Source: Candidatus Aenigmatarchaeota archaeon (lineage in GTDB: Archaea; Aenigmatarchaeota; Aenigmatarchaeia; CG10238-14; SCSR01). Taken from it: a stretch of DNA of 64,000 bases. The notes below the pieces were generated by a model. That model had not been told where the DNA came from. It ran no database searches and worked only from the letters and a program-made list of their open reading frames with translations. A program made the translations under genes and the position numbers. Below, piece after piece: positions 38,493 to 46,262 of this stretch. Position 1 is the stretch's first letter, and the number at the start of each line of letters is the position of its first letter. The DNA lies in the NCBI GenBank assembly GCA_039091335.1, contig JAWCME010000001.1, positions 10,024 to 74,023 of the forward strand. The letters are read 5' to 3'.

Positions 38493-39439
38493 AAATCTGT
38501 AATTTGTTTTTGCTCATTTTTTTGAAGAGCCGTTGCTTTAATTCCAAGTCTTCTTTCTATTTCCATTGCGAGCTCTTTTGCAAAGCCATGAACGCAACAT
38601 ACTCTTTCCGGCCCAACCTTTTCAACAAATTTTAAAAGTTGATTAAAGTCGCAATGGTCTGACATAGGAAACCCTTTAACACCAAAATCTCTTATAACAC
38701 TCCATCCTGTAACTATGCATTTTCTAGTTCTACTTTTTTTTGTCAAAACTGCAACATGCATCGGAACAACAAAAAAATCTGTTTTTTGCTCCTCAAAAAA
38801 TTCTAGGTTTGAACCAAAACTATTGTAAATTTCGCAATATTTTCTTATACTACTTGAAACACTGGGAACAATTCCCTCCTTATTTAATAGTTTCACCACT
38901 TCTTGAGATTTTCCAACAGTATATCCCCCTATCATCACAGAAAGACCTGCATCATTCTGTTCCAAAACCCAATCAATAATACTTTTTCTCACCTCTTTTA
39001 TCGAAGGAAAAACAAAGGTTGGCAAGCCATAAGTTGATTCTAATATTAAGGTATCCGCTCTTTTAATTTCAATTTTCTTTCCTGTAAGACCCTTTGAAAT
39101 CTTGAAATCTCCAGTATATAAAATTGAATTACTTTCCGTCTCTATAAGGGTTTGAGTCGATCCAAGGATATGCCCAGAGCTTATTAACCTTACAGAAAAC
39201 CCATCAAACTCTATCTTTTCATTTTCCCTAACTATGTTTGCCTCAAATTCAGGGTTTCTTATTTTTATAAGTTCATATGTTTCTTGAGTGCAGTATGGTT
39301 TTTTTATTATTACCTGGGGGGAATGGTCTGAATGAGCATGTGAAATAAAAGAAATAAAATCAGATATTTTTGGGTCCAAAAGTATTGTTTGATTTCCAAT
39401 TTTTATTCCTATTCCATTTCCGAGAGAAAAAACAACCAT
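38489..39439 (-). CDS. metallo-beta-lactamase-fold nuclease (short beta-CASP/COG1236-like)
   Basis: HAHSDH, TGDFK and C-terminal HGF motifs. Confidence 0.55.
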   Translation of the reverse strand: MVVFSLGNGIGIKIGNQTILLDPKISDFISFISHAHSDHSPQVIIKKPYCTQETYELIKIRNPEFEANIVRENEKIEFDGFSVRLISSGHILGSTQTLIETESNSILYTGDFKISKGLTGKKIEIKRADTLILESTYGLPTFVFPSIKEVRKSIIDWVLEQNDAGLSVMIGGYTVGKSQEVVKLLNKEGIVPSVSSSIRKYCEIYNSFGSNLEFFEEQKTDFFVVPMHVAVLTKKSRTRKCIVTGWSVIRDFGVKGFPMSDHCDFNQLLKFVEKVGPERVCCVHGFAKELAMEIERRLGIKATALQKNEQKQITDF

Positions 39440-39448
39440 ATTAATTAT

Positions 39449-39697
39449 TTATTTTTTCATCTTCTTTATTTCTGACCTTAGACTTGGTACTTTAATCCAT
39501 AGATTACAATTACTACACTTAAAACCGAATGGTTTTTTCCATGTTTCAAATTTTTTCTCTGAATAACTACACTCTGGGCAGGTGTATTCTACCATCGCCC
39601 TTGTTTCTCCCTTCAAAACAACAACTCTTACCCTTCCTTTGTTTTCACCAGAAGAGTTTTGTAGAATTCTTGTAGTAATATATTGAATGTTAGACAT
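39449..39697 (-). CDS. small Zn-ribbon protein (82 aa)
   Basis: CPECS...CSNCN; start 5 bp downstream of the rpl40e stop. Confidence 0.4.
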   Translation of the reverse strand: MSNIQYITTRILQNSSGENKGRVRVVVLKGETRAMVEYTCPECSYSEKKFETWKKPFGFKCSNCNLWIKVPSLRSEIKKMKK

Positions 39698-39701
39698 TTC
39701 A

Positions 39702-39872
39702 TCACTTCGGTCTTCTTTTCGGTCTTAGGTCTGTTGATTTACACTTCCTGCATCTAACCTTTCCTTCTCTTACTTTTGCTGGGTCTGCTCTAATCTTGGC
39801 CTTGCATCTTCTACAAACAAAAACCCTGAAAAAAAGTCTTTGCATCGCCTCTGGCTGAAGCTTTTTTACCAT
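39702..39872 (-). CDS. rpl40e: 50S ribosomal protein L40e
   Basis: 56 aa: MVKKLQPEAMQRLFFRVFVCRRCKAKIRADPAKVREGKVRCRKCKSTDLRPKRRPK. Below the ORF-track cutoff. Confidence 0.75.
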   Translation of the reverse strand: MVKKLQPEAMQRLFFRVFVCRRCKAKIRADPAKVREGKVRCRKCKSTDLRPKRRPK

Positions 39873-39971
39873 AAAATCACTTATCTATTTTTATTAAAAT
39901 TAATTTTTTAATTTAAGAATTATGGATTAAGTTTAAATATTAATAAAAACAATTTTTCATCTTGATTTGAA

Positions 39972-40550
39972 ATGATAAAAAAGGAGATTAGAATACTGGG
40001 TTTTGATGACGGTGCCTTTGCTCCTAGGGATGATGCAAATGTCCCTCTTATTGGAGTTATATTTAGGGGTGGGGAATTTTTAGATGGAGCACTTAAGACT
40101 GAAGTAAAAATAGATGGAAACGATGCTACTGAAAAAATAATAAATATTGTAAACTCTTCTCGCCACAAACAACAACTTAAAGTTATAATGTTTGATGGTG
40201 TTACTGTTGGAGGATTTAATGTGATCGACATAAAGGAGGTAAATGAGAAAACTGGGATACCAGTAATTGTAATTAATAGAAAGTTGCCGGACATAAACAA
40301 AGTTAGGAATGCACTTAAAAATTTTGATGATTTTGAAAGGAGATGGAATTCTATTTTAAATGCAGGAAAAATAAAGGAATGTAGGATAAAAAACAAAAAA
40401 GTTTATTATCAATTAATTGGGTTAGACGACAAAGACGCAAAAGAAATAATTAGATTGAGTTCTACTAGAAGCTTTATTCCAGAGCCATTAAGAATAGCTC
40501 ATATAATTGCGACCGCAATAGCAAAAGGTGAAAGTTCGGGGAGGGCATAA
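39972..40550 (+). CDS. DUF99/UPF0215 family protein
   Basis: ILGFDDGAFAP ... MFDGVTVGGFNVID. Confidence 0.5.
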   Translation: MIKKEIRILGFDDGAFAPRDDANVPLIGVIFRGGEFLDGALKTEVKIDGNDATEKIINIVNSSRHKQQLKVIMFDGVTVGGFNVIDIKEVNEKTGIPVIVINRKLPDINKVRNALKNFDDFERRWNSILNAGKIKECRIKNKKVYYQLIGLDDKDAKEIIRLSSTRSFIPEPLRIAHIIATAIAKGESSGRA

Positions 40551-40552
40551 AA

Positions 40553-41080
40553 ATGAATGTGTATATTAAAAAATTGCTATCTAGCTTTGTTGGTTATGTG
40601 TTTTATGCTATGCTTGGATTACTTATAGCAATACTCATCAATCAGGTTTTATGCTTTGCATTAACCACAGAGTTTCCAGTGGTTGCGGTTCTAACTTCAT
40701 CTATGCAGCATGACGAGCTTACCGAAGAAAATCATTATGGTTTTCTTGAAAAAAAGTTTGGATACAATAGAAGCTATATAAATTCTTGGCCCATAGCAAA
40801 CGGTTTTTATATTGGAGATATGCCAATAGTAATGGGAAGTAAAGAATACTATGTTGGGGATGTTGTGGTCTATTCCATACCAAACCAAAAAACTCCAATA
40901 ATTCATAGAATAATCAAGATTAATGAAGATGGCACATTTATGTTAAAAGGAGATCATAATCCATCCCCACTTCCATTTGAATTGAACATAAAAAAGGAAC
41001 AGATACATGGAAAAGTAATCTTTGTAGTTCCAAAATTGGGGTGGTTTAAGGTTTTGTTTTCATGGATAGTTGGTGGTTGA
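40553..41080 (+). CDS. signal peptidase I (archaeal Sec11-type)
   Basis: N-terminal TM; catalytic Ser context VLTSSMQHDE; GDVVVY; HRII. Confidence 0.6.
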   Translation: MNVYIKKLLSSFVGYVFYAMLGLLIAILINQVLCFALTTEFPVVAVLTSSMQHDELTEENHYGFLEKKFGYNRSYINSWPIANGFYIGDMPIVMGSKEYYVGDVVVYSIPNQKTPIIHRIIKINEDGTFMLKGDHNPSPLPFELNIKKEQIHGKVIFVVPKLGWFKVLFSWIVGG

Positions 41081-41410
41081 TTGAAATTTTGTGAAAAATG
41101 TGGAAATTTGTTGATAATAGAAAATAGAAGAGGAACTGTTTTTCTTGTATGTAGAAAATGCGGTTGGAAGACAAAGCAGAAAAGTGAAAAAATAACTATA
41201 ACTGAATTTTTAAAGGAGGGTGAAAAGAAGGTTGTAATTATGGGGAAGGACGAAGGCATAGCCGAATTACCAAAAACTAAGATAATGTGTCCAAAATGTG
41301 AAAATATGGAAGCATATTGGTGGATGCAACAAACAAGGGCTGCTGACGAGCCCCCCACTTTATTTTATAAATGTACTCGCTGTGGCTATTCTTGGAGAAG
41401 TTATGGATAA
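41081..41410 (+). CDS. tfs: transcription factor S (RNA polymerase subunit M-like)
   Basis: N-terminal Zn ribbon CEKCGN...CRKCG; C-terminal TFIIS-type CPKCEN...QTRAADEPPTLFYKCTRCG. Confidence 0.8.
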   Translation: MKFCEKCGNLLIIENRRGTVFLVCRKCGWKTKQKSEKITITEFLKEGEKKVVIMGKDEGIAELPKTKIMCPKCENMEAYWWMQQTRAADEPPTLFYKCTRCGYSWRSYG

Positions 41411-41439
41411 ATTTTTAAACCCAGACGAAGAATTAATTC

Positions 41440-41751
41440 TTGATGTTTAATAACTACAAACCAAAAAAAATTTGTGAAATAAGTCCAAACGACATAAAAG
41501 TATCGTTAATTGGAAGGATAGTTGAAGTTAGCGATAACGGTTTTGTTCTTGATGACGGAACTGGTAGAGCAGAAATATTTTCTGAACTCAATTTGGAAGA
41601 AAATAGGTTTGTTAGGGTTTTTTGCTCGATTATTGAAAATAAGTTAAATGCAGATATTATTCAAAGATTGGAAGGAAATTTAAATTTATTTAAGAAAGTA
41701 GAAGAATTATATAAAAGGTGGGAATCTAATGTTCAGGGCAACTTTGTCTGA
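41440..41751 (+). CDS. OB-fold nucleic-acid-binding protein (short SSB/RPA-like)
   Basis: KVSLIGRIVEVSDNGFVLDDGTGRAEI OB-fold pattern; lies between tfs and PCNA. Confidence 0.4.
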   Translation: MMFNNYKPKKICEISPNDIKVSLIGRIVEVSDNGFVLDDGTGRAEIFSELNLEENRFVRVFCSIIENKLNADIIQRLEGNLNLFKKVEELYKRWESNVQGNFV

Positions 41752-42478
41752 TACAACTCTATTTACAGATTCTATATCAACGATATCAGAACTTATAGAT
41801 GAGGGTGTTTTTAAAATCTCAAAGGATGGAATAAGTTTTATTGCAGCGGACAGAGCAATGGTGGCTGTTGTTGATTTTAAATTTTTGGCAACAGCGTTTG
41901 AGGAGTTTGAGGTAGACCAAGAATATATGATTGGGCTAAACATTCCAAATCTTCTTTCTGTTCTGAGAAGAGCTGGGGCAGGAGATAAAATAAGCTTAAA
42001 CTTGAAAGAAGGTAAACTAGAAATAATAATCGAAGGTAAATCAAAAAGAAGGTTTTTAATTCCTTTATTAGATATAACACAGGAGGAAATACCACAAATA
42101 GATCAACTTGAGTTTTCCTCTAAAGCTGAAGTTTCTTCTGAAATTATAAAAAATGGGATAGAAGACGCTGAGATAGTGTCTGACTGCGTTTTAATTGAGG
42201 GGTCTCCTTCGAAATTTGGTATGAAGGCCGAGGGAGATATAAGCTCTTCGCAACTAGAACTGGAGAAAGGAAGTAATGAATTAATTGAATTAAAATGCAG
42301 TACTGAAACAAAAGCAAGATATCCAATAGACTATTTGAAAAAAATGATAAAGGGTACAAAACTCGCTGATTCTGTTGTTATAGAGTGGGGAGAGGATTAT
42401 CCTATGAAAATGACTTTTAAAGTAATAGACAAGCTTGTTTTATCTATTGTCCTAGCACCAAGGGTTATAGAGGAGTAA
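41729..42478 (+). CDS. pcn: DNA polymerase sliding clamp PCNA
   Basis: 249 aa; MFRATLSDTTLFTDSISTISELIDEGVFKISKDGISF. Confidence 0.85.
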   Translation: MFRATLSDTTLFTDSISTISELIDEGVFKISKDGISFIAADRAMVAVVDFKFLATAFEEFEVDQEYMIGLNIPNLLSVLRRAGAGDKISLNLKEGKLEIIIEGKSKRRFLIPLLDITQEEIPQIDQLEFSSKAEVSSEIIKNGIEDAEIVSDCVLIEGSPSKFGMKAEGDISSSQLELEKGSNELIELKCSTETKARYPIDYLKKMIKGTKLADSVVIEWGEDYPMKMTFKVIDKLVLSIVLAPRVIEE

Positions 42479-43253
42479 TTTTTTTAAACAAGCTTAAAAT
42501 ATTACTTAAAAAGGAAGTTCTAGACCCTATACCAGTAAGCTTAGACGCTATTTTCATAAAACTTATAGAAGCTTTTGAATAAGGTTTGTATAAAATTATT
42601 GGAATTCCTTGCGCTGCACTATCCATTAAATTTTCGTCAAAGGGAATTGTTCCAAGAACAGGAACTCCAAAAAAATCTTCTGCAACCTCTTTTCTAAGCT
42701 CAAATTTTTTATTTCTTACCATGTTTAAAATTATGTGAAATTTTTTTTGTCCGAGTTGTGACGCAAACTCAGCACATCTTGTCATATCATAAACATTTGG
42801 TATTGTTGGAGTAGTAACAAAAATTATTTCCTCAGAGGCTTTTAAAACAGAAATTGCGTCTTTGCCCAACCCGGGGGCAGAATCAAGAAGAATGAAATCG
42901 TATTCTTCAATCTGAGATAGTCTTTCTATATATTTTTTCAACCCATTAATCTCAACCTTTATCACATCTTTTAACTCTTTTGAGCATGGAATAAACATTA
43001 CTCCATTTTGATATATTGGAGCAAACCTTATGTCAACTTCATTTCTTAAAACGTCGTTTAATGTTATAGAATAGTTTTTAACTCCAAGATAGTATGCAAG
43101 ATGGGGTGAAGTTATATTGCAGTCAATGATAATAACTTTTTTATTTAATTTTGACAGTGCTATGCCTAAGTTTGACGCCACCGTTGTTTTACCAACACCA
43201 CCCTTTCCTGAAACAATCCCAATAATTCTTGTCAATTTCCCACTGTTTGTCAA
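42465..43253 (-). CDS. minD: MinD/ParA-family P-loop ATPase
   Basis: Deviant Walker A GKGGVGKTT. Confidence 0.75.
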   Translation of the reverse strand: MTNSGKLTRIIGIVSGKGGVGKTTVASNLGIALSKLNKKVIIIDCNITSPHLAYYLGVKNYSITLNDVLRNEVDIRFAPIYQNGVMFIPCSKELKDVIKVEINGLKKYIERLSQIEEYDFILLDSAPGLGKDAISVLKASEEIIFVTTPTIPNVYDMTRCAEFASQLGQKKFHIILNMVRNKKFELRKEVAEDFFGVPVLGTIPFDENLMDSAAQGIPIILYKPYSKASISFMKIASKLTGIGSRTSFLSNILSLFKKITPL

Positions 43254-43478
43254 TTAACTAACTATAGTTAAAATAGATAAAAATTAAAATTTAAGTTTTA
43301 TTTAATTCTTTTTTGAGCTAACTTATACCACTTCGTTTTTCAGACAAGAGAAACTACAGAATAATAACAGGACTCGTTGGTGATAACAGATCCTTTTAAC
43401 TTGTTTTTAAAGGATGAAAGTATATATTCTGGATACTGAGTGTACAATAGCAGCTATTACCTACAGGTTCTTTTTCAC

Positions 43479-43880
43479 CTATTTATATCTTTGTTTTAGA
43501 ATGAAAATATACTTCATAGGCATAAAGGCCTCTAAGTCGCTTTGATAGGAACATTTTGTGCACTTATATCCAATAATTATATCCTTCTTCATCAAATTCT
43601 TAACCTTTATCTCTTCTATGGAAGAATCACAAATTGGGCATTTTTCTATTTTTTGTAACTTTATTGTTTTTTTTGTTTTTGCCTTAACTTCAACTTCCGG
43701 TAAAAGTAAAGCGATTCTCTTTACCCTAATTGGAGAAAGTATGTATTCCTTGTTTTCTTTCTTAAGCCTTCTTAAAACGAGATTACACAGCTCTTCCTGC
43801 GTATCAACTCTTATTCTACTTCTAATAACGTTTTTTATTTCTTCAGCAACCCTACTAGCTGGCGGAATTTTACTTTCCAT
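43479..43880 (-). CDS. hypothetical protein with C-terminal Zn ribbon (133 aa)
   Basis: CPICD...CTKCS. Confidence 0.35.
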   Translation of the reverse strand: MESKIPPASRVAEEIKNVIRSRIRVDTQEELCNLVLRRLKKENKEYILSPIRVKRIALLLPEVEVKAKTKKTIKLQKIEKCPICDSSIEEIKVKNLMKKDIIIGYKCTKCSYQSDLEAFMPMKYIFILKQRYK

Positions 43881-43984
43881 CTCAATAAGAATTTATAAAA
43901 GTAGGATTTAAGTTTAACATAACAGTTATATTTTACAATTACATATACTTTAAAAAATGAAGAAAGGATGTTAATAGAAATTAA

Positions 43985-43994
43985 ATTTTATAAC
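43985..43994 (+). promoter_or_regulatory. TATA-box-like element about 27 bp upstream of the tRNA-Ser 5' end
   Basis: attttataac in an AT-rich spacer, at the usual archaeal -26/-27 position. Confidence 0.3.
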
Positions 43995-44018
43995 TTTCAA
44001 AATAATACTATCTTACAT

Positions 44019-44132
44019 GCCGAGGTGGCAGAATCAGGTAATGCGCAGCCCTGGAGTTTTTAGAAAGGCTGTGTCCCTCTGGGACGTCTGGGTTCAAATC
44101 CCAGCCTATGGTAATACCAGCTGAACGGCGCC
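44019..44132 (+). tRNA. tRNA-Ser (anticodon GGA), class II, with a short intron in the anticodon loop and a putative 18-nt intron in the 3' strand of the acceptor stem
   Basis: GCCGAGG-UG-GCA-GAAUCAGGUAA-UGC-G-CAGCC-CUGGAG[UUUUUAGAA]A-GGCUG-UGUCCCUCUGGGACGU-CUGGG-UUCAAAU-CCCAG-CCU[AUGGUAAUACCAGCUGAA]CGGC-G-CC. The acceptor 5' strand GCCGAGG only pairs with CCU...CGGC after removing 44108-44125. That removal also gives the Ser discriminator G73. Confidence 0.6.
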
Positions 44133-44265
44133 TTTGAACCCGGAGTCTCGTGTTTCTTTGATAGATAGGTTTAAATAGTCATGAAAGAATTTAAAAAATA
44201 GGAGGTCTGATAGAAAAATCTATTTCTGAACTTGAATTATTTAATAGGTAAAAGGAGGTTGTAGA

Positions 44266-44532
44266 ATGCCAAGGTTTGAAAGAAGGGGATTTAAAAAATT
44301 TGGAAGAATTGATATACCGAAACCGATAAAAGAGGGGGAAGAATATGATGTTGAAATAAATGAGGTCGGTTCTAGGGGTGATGGAATAGCAAGAATTAAA
44401 AATTTTGTTGTTTTTGTCCCAAATACAAAGAGGGGTGATAAAACACATATAAAAATAAAAGAAGTTAAAAATAGATTTGCGATAGGTGAAAAGATAGAGC
44501 TTAGAGAGGAAACAGTGTCCCCTAAAGAATAG
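44266..44532 (+). CDS. TRAM-domain protein
   Basis: 88 aa; EVGSRGDGIARIKNFVVFVPNTKRGDKTHIKIKEV. GGAGGT Shine-Dalgarno upstream. Confidence 0.65.
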   Translation: MPRFERRGFKKFGRIDIPKPIKEGEEYDVEINEVGSRGDGIARIKNFVVFVPNTKRGDKTHIKIKEVKNRFAIGEKIELREETVSPKE

Positions 44533-44597
44533 GGTACTTGAATCCCATTTTTAAATTTTTTAGTTATGTGTTTTAAATGAAAAGCTAATAATTAATT

Positions 44598-45422
44598 ATG
44601 TTTGTAACAAAGTTTGATGGAAGAAAAGAAATTTTTCAAAAAGAAAAGATTATAAGAACTTGCTTAAGAATGCGTGCAACAAGAGAGCAAGCCGAGTATG
44701 TTGCAGAAAAAATAGAAACTAAAGCTTATGATGGAATTCCAACAAAAAAAATTCTTGAGTTGATTTTTTTCTATCTTAAAAAATTTAGACCAGAAATATC
44801 GTATCATATTGACTTAAGAAAATCAATCTCCCTTCTAAGACCAAAACCAGATTTTGAAATATTTGTTCAACTATTACTTAAAGCACTTGGCTATGAAGTA
44901 ATTCCAAATCAGATTGTAAGAGGGATATGTGTAGAACATGAAATAGACGCAATTGCCAAAATGGGGAAAGAAACTATTTTTGTTGAGGTAAAACACCATT
45001 TGAATCCGCATACCTATACCGGGGTTGACGTTTGCCTAGAAACTTTTGCTAGAATGGAAGATTTAAGAGAAGGGTATTTGAAGGGAATAAACAAAATTAA
45101 ATTTGATTATGCCCTTATCGTATGTAATACAAAATTTTCTGAATATGCAAAAAATTATTCTTTGTGCAAAAACATAAAACTTTTAGGCTGGAACTTTCCC
45201 GAAGGCCGGGGACTAGAACAAATAATCATTGAAAAAAAACTTTATCCAATAACCTTTTTAAAGGAGTTGGACCCTGACACAGAGAAAAAAATTGCTGATA
45301 GCGGAATAGTTTTGTTAAAACAAATGGCCGAGATTGGCTTGAATGAACTATACAAAAGAACTGGGGTATCAAAGAGCAAAATAAATAGATTTAGGGAAAA
45401 GGCCATTCAAATATTAGACTAA
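44598..45422 (+). CDS. ATP-cone domain fused to a PD-(D/E)xK (Mrr-like restriction-endonuclease-fold) nuclease domain
   Basis: N-terminus VTKFDGRKEIFQKEKIIRTCLRM (ATP-cone). Middle region LLKALGYEV ... EHEIDAIAK ... IFVEVKHH (D ... E-x-K core). Confidence 0.5.
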   Translation: MFVTKFDGRKEIFQKEKIIRTCLRMRATREQAEYVAEKIETKAYDGIPTKKILELIFFYLKKFRPEISYHIDLRKSISLLRPKPDFEIFVQLLLKALGYEVIPNQIVRGICVEHEIDAIAKMGKETIFVEVKHHLNPHTYTGVDVCLETFARMEDLREGYLKGINKIKFDYALIVCNTKFSEYAKNYSLCKNIKLLGWNFPEGRGLEQIIIEKKLYPITFLKELDPDTEKKIADSGIVLLKQMAEIGLNELYKRTGVSKSKINRFREKAIQILD

Positions 45423-46172
45423 GTTTATCATCTTACTAAACTCTTTTGCATTTTCAAGCATAAAGATATTATTAAAAAAGAGAAATGCCTTTTCAACACT
45501 TTTTAAATTTTTAATTCTTTTTTTTAACTCCACTAACTCTTTTTTATTATATTTATAATTGTAGTTAATTCCCCCCTTTTCGTAACTTCCGTGCAACCTA
45601 AAATATGCTATTTTTTTCTTTGAAAAATAAAGCGGGTCTTCTTTTAAGGGGTCTACACAAGAAATCAGATCAAATTTTTTACATAAATTTTTAAATTCTT
45701 CCTTGCTCCATCCCCTTAACTCTAGTGCAATAGAAATTTCGTCTTTTTCAATTTCTGAAAAAAATTTCTCTGCATTTTTTAAGTTTTCTTCATTTTCTTT
45801 AAAGCTTGCAGGCAATTGGATCAGACAAACTGGAGAATTTAAAATTTTACAAATTTCTAAAGTTTGATTCCAAAAACAAAAAACCTCTTTTGTTGGCATT
45901 AAAAACCCGACTTTATCTTTAATTCTTTCTAAATCCTTTATTCCACTTCTTCTCCACGTTGGACTTGAGACAGGATGTGTTATTCCTTGAAAACACTTTA
46001 AACAAAAAATAAAATCTTTGGGCGCCATTTTTCTCCATTTTTGAGCTGTTTTTAATTGGGGAAGTTTATAAAACGTTGATTGAACCTCAACAACACGAAA
46101 CTCTTGAAAATATTTTTTAATTCCACCTGGAAAACCACAACAACCTACTTTTATTTGCATCTTATTTTTCAC
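45414..46172 (-). CDS. DUF72 (UPF0759) family protein, second paralog
   Basis: VGCCGF ... STFYKLP. Confidence 0.55.
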   Translation of the reverse strand: MKNKMQIKVGCCGFPGGIKKYFQEFRVVEVQSTFYKLPQLKTAQKWRKMAPKDFIFCLKCFQGITHPVSSPTWRRSGIKDLERIKDKVGFLMPTKEVFCFWNQTLEICKILNSPVCLIQLPASFKENEENLKNAEKFFSEIEKDEISIALELRGWSKEEFKNLCKKFDLISCVDPLKEDPLYFSKKKIAYFRLHGSYEKGGINYNYKYNKKELVELKKRIKNLKSVEKAFLFFNNIFMLENAKEFSKMINLV

Positions 46173-46262
46173 CTAAAGATGATGTCCTCTACTCTTGCCT
46201 TATAATTTTATAAGAGAATCACAAAAAATAAACCTTAAAAAATACATATAATATGCGATTTC

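Noticed and set aside
43380-43440. Possible C/D-box sRNA in the minD upstream spacer (GGATGAAAG ... CTGAGTG)
   Set aside because: The C-box deviates from RUGAUGA and the element is too short. Noted as an unsupported pattern match.
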